Shown in pieces: positions 18,810 to 29,300 of a stretch of DNA of 52,044 bases (the first letter of the stretch is position 1; each line of letters starts with the position of its first letter). The notes beneath the pieces were generated by a model. The model was not told the DNA's origin, did no database searches, and worked only from the letters and a program-made list of their open reading frames with translations. This DNA is from Clostridia bacterium (GTDB lineage: Bacteria > Bacillota > Clostridia > Oscillospirales > CAG-382), in NCBI GenBank assembly GCA_017560145.1, contig JAFYON010000095.1, positions 1 to 52,044 of the forward strand, in the 5' to 3' direction. The position numbers and the translations under genes were made by a program.

Positions 18810-20144
18810 ATGAAATATGTAAAAATTGATTTTTTGACGAAGTTAATAATTTTCGCGCTTTTGCTTGCAATTTCCGTCGGTCTTTGCGCCTGCTCGGATG
18901 CAAACGACAACGCTTCCGACGCGTCCGACAGCTCTGCCGAGGAAAGCTTCGAGCTTCCCGATTTTTCGGAGGAGGAGCAGCCTTACGAGGATACCGAATT
19001 TACAAAGGAAAGAGCGATCGAGCTGCTTGAATCGGACCGACTCGTTACCGAAATTTTCGTTAACAACTCGCTTTACAAGGGCGGCAGTAAAAGCGCCGAA
19101 TATTACGGCTTGCCGGTCGAAAGCGAATACGTTAATTTCAAGGCGATAACGTCGCTGCTCAACAACACCTATACGAAGGGCGGCGGATGCGCCGAAGAAT
19201 TTTTGAATTATCCTCAGGGCTTGCCCCCTGCGGTAACTCAAAAGGGCGGACGCACTTACGTATTCCGTCACCCGACCGAGCAATATCTCGATTTCGTAAG
19301 ACCCGATACCGTAAAAATTTCGGATACCGAGCTCGAAACCGAAAAGTATATCACCGCCGAAACCAATACCTCGCAAAAGGTTGTGCTAAAGGCTGTGCTC
19401 GAGGAGGGAAGATGGCGCCTTGAAAAGGGTATCTTCAGCGTTAACCCCTTCGAGGAGGTAACAAATACCGAAAAGCTGCTCTATTCGGATATCGGCTCGT
19501 TTAAATCGCTTACGGGAAGCTTGCTTGTCATTGAGTTTTTCATTTCCGACAGAGCAAGCGATTTCACCGCCGAAGCGGAGGAGGAATATCACGGACGTAT
19601 CTCGACTTCGATAAGCTATCTTACCGATACCGCAGAGCTTTACGGAAAATCGCTCGACCCCGAATATAAAAGAGCATATTTCAAGCACGATGGTGTGATC
19701 GGCACACGCTCGCTTGATTTCGATATAATGTTTGCCGACACCGGCTTTGGAACGCTAAAGGCGTTTGCAGAGCAAAATTACGATTTGACTCAGTACGACA
19801 ATTACGTTTTTGTGGTCTGCCTTAATAAAGAGGCAAAAGCCTCGTGCGAGCTTTACAAAAACACCGACCAAACCCGTATCTATTCGGGTGAGAGAGTAAT
19901 TATCGGACAAAAGAGCACGGTTGCCGAGATATGCACCTCGATGCTCAGGCTTACGGGCGCATACAGCTATGACGACGGTCTTTGCGACGAATATACCGAA
20001 GCGCTTTATCACGCGTATTATAAGGACGATATCCTTATTGCACAAAGCCTTGTTAATTCGACAATTTCTCCCGTTACGGCATTCGCCTGCGGTCTTACCG
20101 ATTCGCTCGACCGCTATAACAGTATCTTTTATTACGGAAAATAA
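18810..20144 (+). CDS. Lipoprotein of unknown function
   Basis: 444 aa. It has a signal peptide with a lipobox (SVGLCAC), then an acidic Ser/Asp/Glu linker. I recognise no family motif. Confidence 0.6.
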   Translation: MKYVKIDFLTKLIIFALLLAISVGLCACSDANDNASDASDSSAEESFELPDFSEEEQPYEDTEFTKERAIELLESDRLVTEIFVNNSLYKGGSKSAEYYGLPVESEYVNFKAITSLLNNTYTKGGGCAEEFLNYPQGLPPAVTQKGGRTYVFRHPTEQYLDFVRPDTVKISDTELETEKYITAETNTSQKVVLKAVLEEGRWRLEKGIFSVNPFEEVTNTEKLLYSDIGSFKSLTGSLLVIEFFISDRASDFTAEAEEEYHGRISTSISYLTDTAELYGKSLDPEYKRAYFKHDGVIGTRSLDFDIMFADTGFGTLKAFAEQNYDLTQYDNYVFVVCLNKEAKASCELYKNTDQTRIYSGERVIIGQKSTVAEICTSMLRLTGAYSYDDGLCDEYTEALYHAYYKDDILIAQSLVNSTISPVTAFACGLTDSLDRYNSIFYYGK

Positions 20145-20178
20145 ACGCTTATATTAAATAAAAGCGAGGAATTTTAAA

Positions 20179-20892
20179 ATGGCTAATCAATACAAACGCG
20201 TACTTATCAAACTCAGCGGCGAAGCACTCGCAGGAGAGAAAAAGGGTATTCTCGACGGCGAAATGCTTTCCTCCGTTGCAGAAAAGATCGCTCTTCTTGT
20301 TAACGACGGCGTTCAGGTCAGCATAGTTATCGGTGCAGGTAACATCTGGCGCGGCGCAAGACAGAACGGACTCGACGTCGACCGTGTACGCGGCGACCAT
20401 ATGGGAATGCTTGCGACGGTTATCAACTCTCTTGCAATGCAGGATTACATTCTTAAAACAGGCGTAAAGGCGCACGTTATGAGCGCCGTTCAGATCCAGC
20501 AATTCTGCGAGCCCTATGCGCAGTATAAGGCCATTGAATATCTTGAAAAGGGCGAGGTGGTTATCCTTGCCTGCGGTGTGGGATATCCCTTCTTTTCGAC
20601 CGACACGGGTATGATGCTTCGCGCGGCAGAGCTTAAGTGCGATGCAGTGCTTTCCGCAAAGAACGTCGACGGCGTCTACGATAAGGACCCCGCAAAATTT
20701 GCCGACGCGGTAAAGTTTGACGAGCTTACCTATCAAGAGCTCCTCTCCCGCGGACTTAAGGCGATCGACCAAAGCGCCGCAACCATCGGCGAGGAATGCG
20801 ACATAAAAACCGTAATTTTCCCGCTTTCCGATCCCCAAAATATCATTTCCGCCGCAAAAGGCGAAACCATCGGCACATTACTTCATAAATAA
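20179..20892 (+). CDS. pyrH: UMP kinase
   Basis: KRVLIKLSGEAL...GAGNIWRG signature, 237 aa, followed by frr. Confidence 0.95.
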   Translation: MANQYKRVLIKLSGEALAGEKKGILDGEMLSSVAEKIALLVNDGVQVSIVIGAGNIWRGARQNGLDVDRVRGDHMGMLATVINSLAMQDYILKTGVKAHVMSAVQIQQFCEPYAQYKAIEYLEKGEVVILACGVGYPFFSTDTGMMLRAAELKCDAVLSAKNVDGVYDKDPAKFADAVKFDELTYQELLSRGLKAIDQSAATIGEECDIKTVIFPLSDPQNIISAAKGETIGTLLHK

Positions 20893-20932
20893 AAAAATTA
20901 AGATATATAACTAAAAAAGGAAGGTAACAAAA

Positions 20933-21484
20933 ATGTTCGACATTAAGCCCTTTGAAGAAAAAATGAAAAAATCCATTTCCGTCCTCGAGGAGGATTTTGA
21001 CACTATAAGAGTCGGCAGAGCAAGCTCCAAGGTTCTCGATAAGATCACCGTACCCTATTACGGCACTCCTACCGGTCTTGACGGCGTTGCTACCATCAAG
21101 GCAACCGATGCAAGAACTCTCGTGATCACTCCTTGGGAAACCAATATGCTTAAGGAGATCGAAAAGGCTATCCTTGCTTCCGACGTAGGCATCACCCCCA
21201 CCAACGACGGCAAATGCATCCGCCTTGTTTTCCCCGCACTTACCGAGGAACGCAGAAAAGAGCTCACCAAGAAGACCGCTAAGCTCGGCGAGGATTGCAA
21301 GGTTGCTATCCGTAACGTTCGCCGCGAAGCAAACGATAACGCAAAGGCATTGAAGAAGAACTCCACCATCACCGAGGATGATCTTAAGGATGCTGAAAAG
21401 AAGATTCAGGATCTCACCGATAAGCTCATCAAGGAAGTTGACGTTGCTATCGCTAAAAAAGACAAGGAAATTATGGAAATATAA
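20933..21484 (+). CDS. frr: Ribosome recycling factor
   Basis: 183 aa with RVGRASSKVLD, ITPTNDG, LTEERRKEL and IRNVRREAND motifs. Confidence 0.95.
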   Translation: MFDIKPFEEKMKKSISVLEEDFDTIRVGRASSKVLDKITVPYYGTPTGLDGVATIKATDARTLVITPWETNMLKEIEKAILASDVGITPTNDGKCIRLVFPALTEERRKELTKKTAKLGEDCKVAIRNVRREANDNAKALKKNSTITEDDLKDAEKKIQDLTDKLIKEVDVAIAKKDKEIMEI

Positions 21485-21527
21485 TTTCTTTAAAAATATT
21501 ACACAAATTTAATCAGAATTAACTGTT

Positions 21528-21565
21528 AAAACCGAGGTTTAACCCCCTCGGTTTTAGCCGATTTT
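21528..21565 (+). terminator. Terminator or attenuating hairpin after frr
   Basis: AAAACCGAGG (21528-21537) / CCTCGGTTTT (21546-21555) with an 8-nt loop, followed by AGCCGATTTT. Confidence 0.6.
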
Positions 21566-21586
21566 ATGAAAAGTTTCGAGGTTCGT

Positions 21587-22273
21587 ATGTCAGAGCAAAT
21601 TATTCCTAAGCATATCGCCATAATAATGGACGGAAACGGCAGATGGGCAAAAAAACGTCTGCTTCCTCGTACGGCAGGACACAAGGTGGGACTTGATACA
21701 TTTGTCAATACCGTAGATACCTGCAGCTCAATGGGAATAGAATATCTTACGGTCTATGCCTTTTCGGCAGAAAACTGGAACCGCTCGGAGGATGAGGTTT
21801 CCGCCCTTATGGAGCTTATGAGCAAGGGCATTACCAAATACGAGCCCGAGATGAACCGTCTTAACATAAGACTGCGCCTTGTGGGTGACATCGACCGCTT
21901 CGCGCCGAAATACCGCGATGCATTGCGCGGAGTGGAATCGCGCCTTGACAATAACAGCGGTATGACGCTTTGCATCTGCCTTTCCTACGGCGGACGTCAG
22001 GAATTGGTTTATGCCGTCAACAAGCTTTTAAAGGAGGGCAAAACCGAAATTACCGATAAGGATATTTCGGCAAGCCTTTACACAAGTGACGTGCCCGATC
22101 CCGACCTTATCATCCGCACAAGCGGAGAATACCGCATTTCTAATTTTCTTTTGTGGCAATCGGCATATTCGGAATATTATTTTACCGACGTGCTTTGGCC
22201 CGACTTCGACAAAAACGAGCTTTTAAAGGCAATCGACTCTTATTCAAAACGCGAACGCCGCTTTGGGAGGTAA
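21587..22273 (+). CDS. uppS: Isoprenyl transferase (undecaprenyl diphosphate synthase)
   Basis: HIAIIMDGNGRWAKKR and RTSGEYRISNFLLWQ motifs. The ATG at 21587 has a GAGG 5 nt upstream, whereas the ATG at 21566 has no Shine-Dalgarno sequence, so the alternative start is 21566. Confidence 0.9.
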   Translation: MSEQIIPKHIAIIMDGNGRWAKKRLLPRTAGHKVGLDTFVNTVDTCSSMGIEYLTVYAFSAENWNRSEDEVSALMELMSKGITKYEPEMNRLNIRLRLVGDIDRFAPKYRDALRGVESRLDNNSGMTLCICLSYGGRQELVYAVNKLLKEGKTEITDKDISASLYTSDVPDPDLIIRTSGEYRISNFLLWQSAYSEYYFTDVLWPDFDKNELLKAIDSYSKRERRFGR

Positions 22274-22276
22274 AAA

Positions 22277-23065
22277 ATGATCACAAGAATTCTTACCGCA
22301 ATAGTAGCACTTTTGCTTCTTGTTCCGCTTCTTATCTGGGGCGGTGTTTGGGGCGCAGGCGCGCTTTTTGCGCTCATCGCAGGCTTTTCGGTTTATGAAA
22401 TGCTCGGCTGCTGCGGACTGTTCAAAAAATGGGCTGTTTCGATAACCTCCATCATCGTTGCGGCATTTATTTCGATCTCGCCTGTATGGGACACAAATAT
22501 CGCCGCAAAGGTTATAATTCTCGGCTTGCCTGCACTTACCGTGCTTTTCCTCATTTTTGCCGTTATCACCCACGCGAATACCGACGTTGAGCGTCTTTTG
22601 ATGTTCATCACGTTATTCACCTATATCACGGCAGGCTTTACCGCGCTTTCCTTTATGCGCGTAAGCTACGGACTCTGGGCGGTTGCTTTGGTATTAAGCG
22701 TTGCCTGGGCGACCGATACCTTTGCGTATTTCTCGGGTATGCTTTTCGGCAACAAAAAGCTTTGCCCCAACATTTCTCCCAAAAAGACGATTGCGGGCGC
22801 AATCGGCGGCACAGCATTCGGTACAGCCGCAGGCGTTTTGGTGTTCTGGCTTGCAGACAGAAATCCGCTTTTGGGACTTATCGCGCTTCCTCTTTCGATC
22901 GTCAGCCAATTCGGTGACCTTGCCGCGTCTGTAATCAAGCGAAGATTCGGTGTAAAGGACTACGGCAAGATCTTTCCCGGTCACGGCGGCGTGCTCGACA
23001 GATTCGACAGCATCATTCCCGTTGCGATAATCAGCCTTGCGCTGCTTTTCGTTCTCGGTGTTTAA
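22277..23065 (+). CDS. cdsA: Phosphatidate cytidylyltransferase
   Basis: 262-aa polytopic membrane protein. It carries the C-terminal signature SVIKRRFGVKDYGKIFPGHGGVLDRFDS. Confidence 0.9.
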   Translation: MITRILTAIVALLLLVPLLIWGGVWGAGALFALIAGFSVYEMLGCCGLFKKWAVSITSIIVAAFISISPVWDTNIAAKVIILGLPALTVLFLIFAVITHANTDVERLLMFITLFTYITAGFTALSFMRVSYGLWAVALVLSVAWATDTFAYFSGMLFGNKKLCPNISPKKTIAGAIGGTAFGTAAGVLVFWLADRNPLLGLIALPLSIVSQFGDLAASVIKRRFGVKDYGKIFPGHGGVLDRFDSIIPVAIISLALLFVLGV

Positions 23066-23077
23066 TCAGGTGTAAAT

Positions 23078-24217
23078 ATGCAAAGCTCAATTACTCTGCT
23101 CGGCTCAACCGGCTCTATCGGCAAGCAAACGCTCGACGTTGTGCGCAACCTCGGACTTACGGTGGAATCGCTTTCTGCTCATTCCAATGCAAAGCTCCTT
23201 GCCGACCAATGCCGTGAATTCAAGCCGAAGCGCGCCTGCATAGGCGAAGAAAAATATAACGAATTCAAGCTTTTGGTTTCGGATATCGATATCGAAATCC
23301 TTTGCGGTGACGAGGGCGTCGAGCAGCTTGCAAGCGAGGACGAAAGCGAATCGCTCGTAAACGCCGTGCTCGGCATGAAGGGACTCAAGCCCACCGTAAA
23401 CGCGGCAAGCAAGGGCAAAAAAATCGCCTTTGCCAACAAGGAGACGCTCGTTGCAGGCGGTAAATTGGTTACCGACGCGGTAAAGGCGGGCAATGCGACT
23501 CTTTTGCCCGTAGATAGCGAGCATTCTGCGATATTCCAATGCATTCAGGGCAAAAATAAAATCAAAAAAATATGGCTTACCGGCTCCGGCGGACCGTTTT
23601 TCGGCAAGGATCGAGATTTCTTAAAAACCGTTACCCCCGAAATGGCGGTTAAGCACCCAAGATGGAATATGGGCAAAAAGATCTCGGTCGACAGTGCAAG
23701 CCTTATGAACAAAGGGCTTGAGTTTATCGAGGCAGTCCATCTTTTCGACGTATCGCCCGATCAGGTCGAGGTGGTCATCCATCCGCAAAGCATCGTGCAT
23801 TCGCTCGTTGAATTCGAGGATAACGCCATTCTCGCCCAAATGGGTATGCCCGATATGCGCGTTTGCATCCAATATGCGCTTACCTATCCCGAACGCAAGC
23901 CCTCACAGGCAGAAAGCCTTGACCTATTCGGTCAAAAGCTCGATTTCTTTAATTACGACAAAACGGCGTTTCCGTTGCTCGAAACTGCAAAGAAGACCTT
24001 AAAGGTCGGCGGAAACCTGCCTGCAATAATGAACGGCGCAAACGAAGAAGCAGTTGCGCTCTTCCTCGATCACAAGATCGGATTCACCCAAATGTTCGAT
24101 CTTGTCATCGACACCTGCGAAAATATCAATACGGCACCGATCATCAAAAATCCCACTATAGAGGATATTATCGAATCGGATAAAGCCGCGCGTGAATACG
24201 TCCGCTCGCATATATGA
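23078..24217 (+). CDS. dxr: 1-deoxy-D-xylulose 5-phosphate reductoisomerase
   Basis: LGSTGSIGKQTLDV, ANKETLV, PVDSEHSAIFQC and NKGLEFIEA motifs. Confidence 0.95.
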   Translation: MQSSITLLGSTGSIGKQTLDVVRNLGLTVESLSAHSNAKLLADQCREFKPKRACIGEEKYNEFKLLVSDIDIEILCGDEGVEQLASEDESESLVNAVLGMKGLKPTVNAASKGKKIAFANKETLVAGGKLVTDAVKAGNATLLPVDSEHSAIFQCIQGKNKIKKIWLTGSGGPFFGKDRDFLKTVTPEMAVKHPRWNMGKKISVDSASLMNKGLEFIEAVHLFDVSPDQVEVVIHPQSIVHSLVEFEDNAILAQMGMPDMRVCIQYALTYPERKPSQAESLDLFGQKLDFFNYDKTAFPLLETAKKTLKVGGNLPAIMNGANEEAVALFLDHKIGFTQMFDLVIDTCENINTAPIIKNPTIEDIIESDKAAREYVRSHI

Positions 24218-24255
24218 TCGGCTGACGTACCCATTTATTTAGGAGTGTTTATTTA

Positions 24256-25317
24256 ATGTTTCAGTCTCTTTTAAGTCTTGCAGTAACAATTTTTGTTTTC
24301 GGTCTGCTTATCTTCGTGCACGAGTTCGGACATTATATCGTTGCACGCGCCTTCAAGGTCGGCATTATCGAATTCGCAATAGGTATGGGCCCAAAGCTAA
24401 AGACTTGGAAAGGGAAGTATAACGATTTCACCATCCGTTTGATCCCGATCGGCGGATTTGTGAATATGGTCGGCGAATATGACGAGGAGATTCCCGACGA
24501 GCATAAATATAAAATTCCTCTTAACGAGCGTTCCGTATGGAAAAGAATGCTCATCGTAATCGCAGGCCCCTTTATGAATCTTCTGCTCGCGTTTCTGATA
24601 ATGATCGGAATCGTCTGCGGAAGCAATCTTATCGGCACGTCGAAGGTTGCCGAGTTTGATGAAAACAGCATTTCAAATCAATACGGACTTCAGGTAAACG
24701 ACGAGATCATTTCGGTCAACGGAAAAACCATTCATTGTTATTCCGAGCTGGCATATAAAATCGTTTCCGACGGTGTAGAGCCTGTTGATATCGTTGTATT
24801 GCGCGACGGTAAGGAGATATTACTTAGAGACGTCTGCTTCGGCACCGAGGTCGACGAGAATATCGTTTTCGGTACGATGGACTTTAGGGTCTTTGGAGAA
24901 GAAAAAACCTTTGGCGGTGTAATGCGCGAGGCATTCTGGCAATCCTATGCAACGGTTTATATGACGTTTGACTCGTTGGTCGATACCTTCACCGGAAGAT
25001 ACGGAATCGATGCGGTCGGTGGTCCGGTTGCCGTCGGCGGCGAGATCAACGACGCAATAGAGCAAAGCGACGGATTTGCGGATACCTTGTTAACCATCAG
25101 CACGATGGTAGTAATGATCTCGGTTTCGCTTGGCATATTCAATCTTCTCCCCATTCCCGTGCTTGACGGCGGCAGACTTTTGTTCTATATCATCGAGGCT
25201 ATTCGCCGCAAGCCCTTAGACCCAAAATACGAACGCGCGGTAAGTGCGGTGTTTACCGTGCTTCTGCTTGGATTAATGGCGTTCGTACTGATTAAGGATA
25301 TAGCAGGACTTTTCTGA
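24256..25317 (+). CDS. rseP: Site-2 (M50) intramembrane zinc metalloprotease
   Basis: HEFGHYIVAR zinc motif, a central PDZ-like segment, and a C-terminal NLLPIPVLDGG motif. Confidence 0.9.
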   Translation: MFQSLLSLAVTIFVFGLLIFVHEFGHYIVARAFKVGIIEFAIGMGPKLKTWKGKYNDFTIRLIPIGGFVNMVGEYDEEIPDEHKYKIPLNERSVWKRMLIVIAGPFMNLLLAFLIMIGIVCGSNLIGTSKVAEFDENSISNQYGLQVNDEIISVNGKTIHCYSELAYKIVSDGVEPVDIVVLRDGKEILLRDVCFGTEVDENIVFGTMDFRVFGEEKTFGGVMREAFWQSYATVYMTFDSLVDTFTGRYGIDAVGGPVAVGGEINDAIEQSDGFADTLLTISTMVVMISVSLGIFNLLPIPVLDGGRLLFYIIEAIRRKPLDPKYERAVSAVFTVLLLGLMAFVLIKDIAGLF

Positions 25318-25318
25318 T

Positions 25319-26374
25319 ATGAAAAACACAAAACAGGTAAAAATCGGCAATATTACAATCGGCGGCAATAACCCAATTGCCATTCAGTCGATGACAAATA
25401 CAAAAACGAGCGACAGGGAAGCGACGCTTGCTCAAATCAAGTCGCTTTCTGCCGCAGGCTGCGATATCGTGCGCTTTACCGTTAACGATATGGCCGCCGC
25501 CGAGGCGATACCCTATTACGTTGAAAATACAAGCATCCCGCTTGTTGCCGATATACATTTCGATTACCGTCTGGCGCTTGCTGCGGCAGAGCGCGGTATT
25601 TCGAAAATCCGCATAAACCCCGGCAACATCGGTGAAAAGGAAAATATAAAAAAGGTGGCGCTTGCTTGCCGCGAGCGTAATATCCCGATAAGAATCGGCA
25701 TTAACGGCGGCAGTGCCGAAAAATCGGTTCTTGTCAAATACGGCGGACCTACCGCCGAGGCACTTGCCGAAAGCGCCTTGATCAATGCGCAAATGCTCGA
25801 GGAGTTCGATTTCACAAATATCGTCCTTTCGGTAAAAAGCTCCGACGTTAAAACGATGGTCGATGCGGCCCGTATTTTGAGCGAGCGCTGCGATTACCCT
25901 CTGCATATCGGCGTTACCGAAACAGGCGACGTACGTCGCGGCAATATCAAATCGGCAATCGGTATCGGCTCGCTGCTGCTTGACGGAATCGGCAACACAG
26001 TCCGCGTTTCGCTTACCGACGATCCCGTAAACGAGGTCCACGCCGCAAAGGATATCCTTTTCTGCTGCGGTATCGGTGGCGGTATAAACATCGTTTCCTG
26101 CCCGACCTGCGGCAGAACCGAATCGAACGTTATCGGACTTGTAAACGAGCTTGAAAGAGCAACGCGCGACATCAAAACAAGCCGACGACTTACCGTTGCG
26201 CTTATGGGCTGTGTAGTAAACGGTCCGGGCGAAGCAAAGCACGCCGATATCGGCGTAGCCTGCGGAAGGAACGAGGGTCTCCTTTTCCGCAAGGGCGAAA
26301 TTATTAAAAAGCTTGATGAAAGCGAGATCGTAGATACTCTCGTTTCAGAAATAAAGGAACTTATTAATGCTTAA
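25319..26374 (+). CDS. ispG: (E)-4-hydroxy-3-methylbut-2-enyl-diphosphate synthase
   Basis: IQSMTNT, RINPGNIG, SCPTCGR and GCVVNGPGE motifs. Confidence 0.95.
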   Translation: MKNTKQVKIGNITIGGNNPIAIQSMTNTKTSDREATLAQIKSLSAAGCDIVRFTVNDMAAAEAIPYYVENTSIPLVADIHFDYRLALAAAERGISKIRINPGNIGEKENIKKVALACRERNIPIRIGINGGSAEKSVLVKYGGPTAEALAESALINAQMLEEFDFTNIVLSVKSSDVKTMVDAARILSERCDYPLHIGVTETGDVRRGNIKSAIGIGSLLLDGIGNTVRVSLTDDPVNEVHAAKDILFCCGIGGGINIVSCPTCGRTESNVIGLVNELERATRDIKTSRRLTVALMGCVVNGPGEAKHADIGVACGRNEGLLFRKGEIIKKLDESEIVDTLVSEIKELINA

Positions 26375-29300
26375 CGAATTTTTAAACAAATTCAAAAAAG
26401 CCTCCTTCAACGATAAAATGAAGGAGACCATAAGCAAATTCGATTCTTTCTCCGTAATGGTCGACAGAGAGCGTGTTTCCATCGCTGTCAAGGCGGAGCT
26501 TTCTTGCTATGTAAAGCCGAGCAATCTATTTGCGCTTGAGGCAGAAATAAAGAAGGCGTATGCGCTCAATGCGGTAACCATCTATCCGCATTTCAACGTC
26601 GAATTCGAGCCCTCCTATATGGACGGCGTTATCGAAACCTTAAAGCAGGTTTCCAAGCTTGATTACGGCTTTTTCGACGGCTCGACCTATCATTACGATA
26701 AAAGCACCGGAGTATTCGTAATAAAGCTTCGCAAGAATATCACGTCCTTCATTCCCGAAGCAAACGGCGCCGAGCTGTTTATTATGCAATGCGTGCGCGA
26801 TCAGTTCGGTACGGCGATCATACTTAAATTCGAGTATGAGGAGATAGACATTTTCGAATACAGAAGCGACCGCGAGGACGCATTGGCGCAAAGCATCCGC
26901 GAGCAAAAGTTTGAAATTGCCAAGGAAACTCCCAAGGATGCACCCCGCTCCTCCTTTATCGAAACCGAGGGCGAGGAAGCCTATGATTTTGAGCGCGACG
27001 GCAAATATTTGGTTACCGTCGGCAAGATGACTCTTGATATAACCAACCCCGATCCGATATACGGCGAGCGCAGAAACTGGGCGTTCACTCCCATTTCGAG
27101 CGTTAAAAACGATTCCGCCGTTTGTATTGCGGGCAAGCTTTTCCTTGTAGAAACAAAGGAAAATTACGAAACCGAAAAAATCACCTATACGGTTTATATA
27201 ACCGATAATTCCGCTTCGATCTCGGGTAAATTCAGCTGCCCGAAAAAGGAAGCGCCGAAGATAAAAGCTCCAATGTACGTTATGGTTTCGGGTAAAGCCG
27301 AAAAAAGACGTGTTTTCGACCGCAACAAGAACGAATGGGTCGAGGACGATGAAATCACCCTCGCAATAAAGGCGATTTCGAAGTGCAAGGTCTATGGCAG
27401 ACAGGACGAAGCCGAGGACAAGCGTGTTGAGCTCCATTTACATACAAATATGTCGGCAACCGATGCATTGAGCGACGCCGCCGATATTATGGCGCGCGCA
27501 CACGATTGGGGTATGCCTGCCGTTGCGTTTACCGACCACGGCACTCTTCAGGCGTATCCGATCGTTATGAACGCCGCAAAAAAATATCCCGACGTCAAGC
27601 CCATCTACGGCATCGAGGGTTACCTTGTCGACGATACCGCACGCGCGGTTTTCCGTTACGACGATGCAACCAATACCAGGCTTGCCGAGGATGAATTTAT
27701 TATCTTCGATATCGAAACAACCGGTCTTTCGCCAAAGACCTGCGGTATAACTCAGATCGGCGCGTTGAAATATAAAAACGGCGAAATAATCGGCGAATTT
27801 TCGACCTTTGTCGATTGCGGTATGCCCATCCCCGAAAATATCGTCCGCCTTACCGGCATTACCGATGAAATGGTAAAGGGCGCACCGAACGAATGTGACG
27901 CGGTAAAGAGCTTCCTTGATTTTTGCGGAAGCAGAATGCTCGTCGCACATAACGCGAATTTCGATATTTCGTTCATCCGTCGGGTTGCGGACGAAAACGA
28001 GATCCCTTTCGAAAACCCCTATCTCGATACCGTGGCGCTTTCGCGCTATATCAATAACGACCTTAAAAAGCATACGCTCGATACTCTTGCAAAATATTTC
28101 AATCTCGGCGAATTCGATCACCACAAGGCGGATGCCGATACCGAAATGCTTGCCAAAATTTTCGAATGTATGTCGCGCAAGCTTGCGGCAAACGGTATCT
28201 TCACCGTAAACGAAATGAACGCCGCTATGGCAAACAGCTCCGACCCGAAGCGCTTGAAGAGCTATCATATAATCATTCTCGTCAAGAATCTCGTCGGTCT
28301 TAAAAACCTTTACAAGCTTGTTTCAAGGTCATATATCGACTATTATCACAAGCATCCGCGTATTCCCAAAACTCTGCTTTCCGAATACCGCGAGGGCCTT
28401 GTTATCGGCTCGGCTTGCTCCTCGGGTGAGCTTTACGATGCTATTTTGCAGGGCAGACCCGATAACGAGCTTTACCGTATTGCCGATTTTTACGATTATT
28501 TAGAGGTTCAGCCCGATTGCAACAACGGCTATCTTATCGATGAAAATCAGGCAACTGTCGAGCAGCTTCACGATAATGTCCGCAAGATAATCGCCATTGC
28601 AAACAAGCAGAAAAAGCTTGCGGTCGCAACGGGCGACGTCCACTTTATGGACCCTGAGGACGAAATTTACCGTCAGATAATGCTTCGCGGCAAGGGCTTT
28701 TCGGATGCAATGCGCGAAACGGGAATTTACTTCCGCACAACCAACGAAATGCTTGCCGAGTTTGCCTATCTCGGCGAGGAGGAAGCAAGAAAAATCGTTA
28801 TCGAAAATCCCAAAAGGGTCATTGCCGATTTCGATGATATAAAGCCTATTCCCGACGGCACCTACACCCCCAAGATCGACGGCGCCGAGGAGGAGCTGCA
28901 ATCGCTTTGCGAGCAAACCGCAATGGATATGTACGGCTTCAAGGGACAGATACCCGAAATCGTCCGTGCAAGAATGGACAGAGAGCTTACCTCGATAATC
29001 AAAAACGGCTTTGCGGTTCTTTACGTTATCGCACGCCGTCTTGTACAGAACAGCGAGGAGCACGGCTATCTCGTCGGCTCACGCGGGTCTGTCGGCTCGT
29101 CCTTCGCGGCAACTCTTGCAAAAATTTCCGAGGTTAACCCTCTGCCTCCGCACTATGCTTGCCCGAATTGTAAATATTCCGAATTCTTCACCGACGGCTC
29201 GGTAGGCTCGGGCTTTGACCTGCCCGACAAGGACTGTCCCGAATGCGGAACGCGTATGCGCCCCGACGGACACGATATCCCCTTTGAAACCTTCCTTGGC

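Noticed and set aside
20145-20178. A short hairpin (ACGCTT...AAGCG) after the lipoprotein gene, considered as a terminator.
   Set aside because: It has only about 5 bp of stem, an 11-nt AT loop and no T-run, so it is not convincing.
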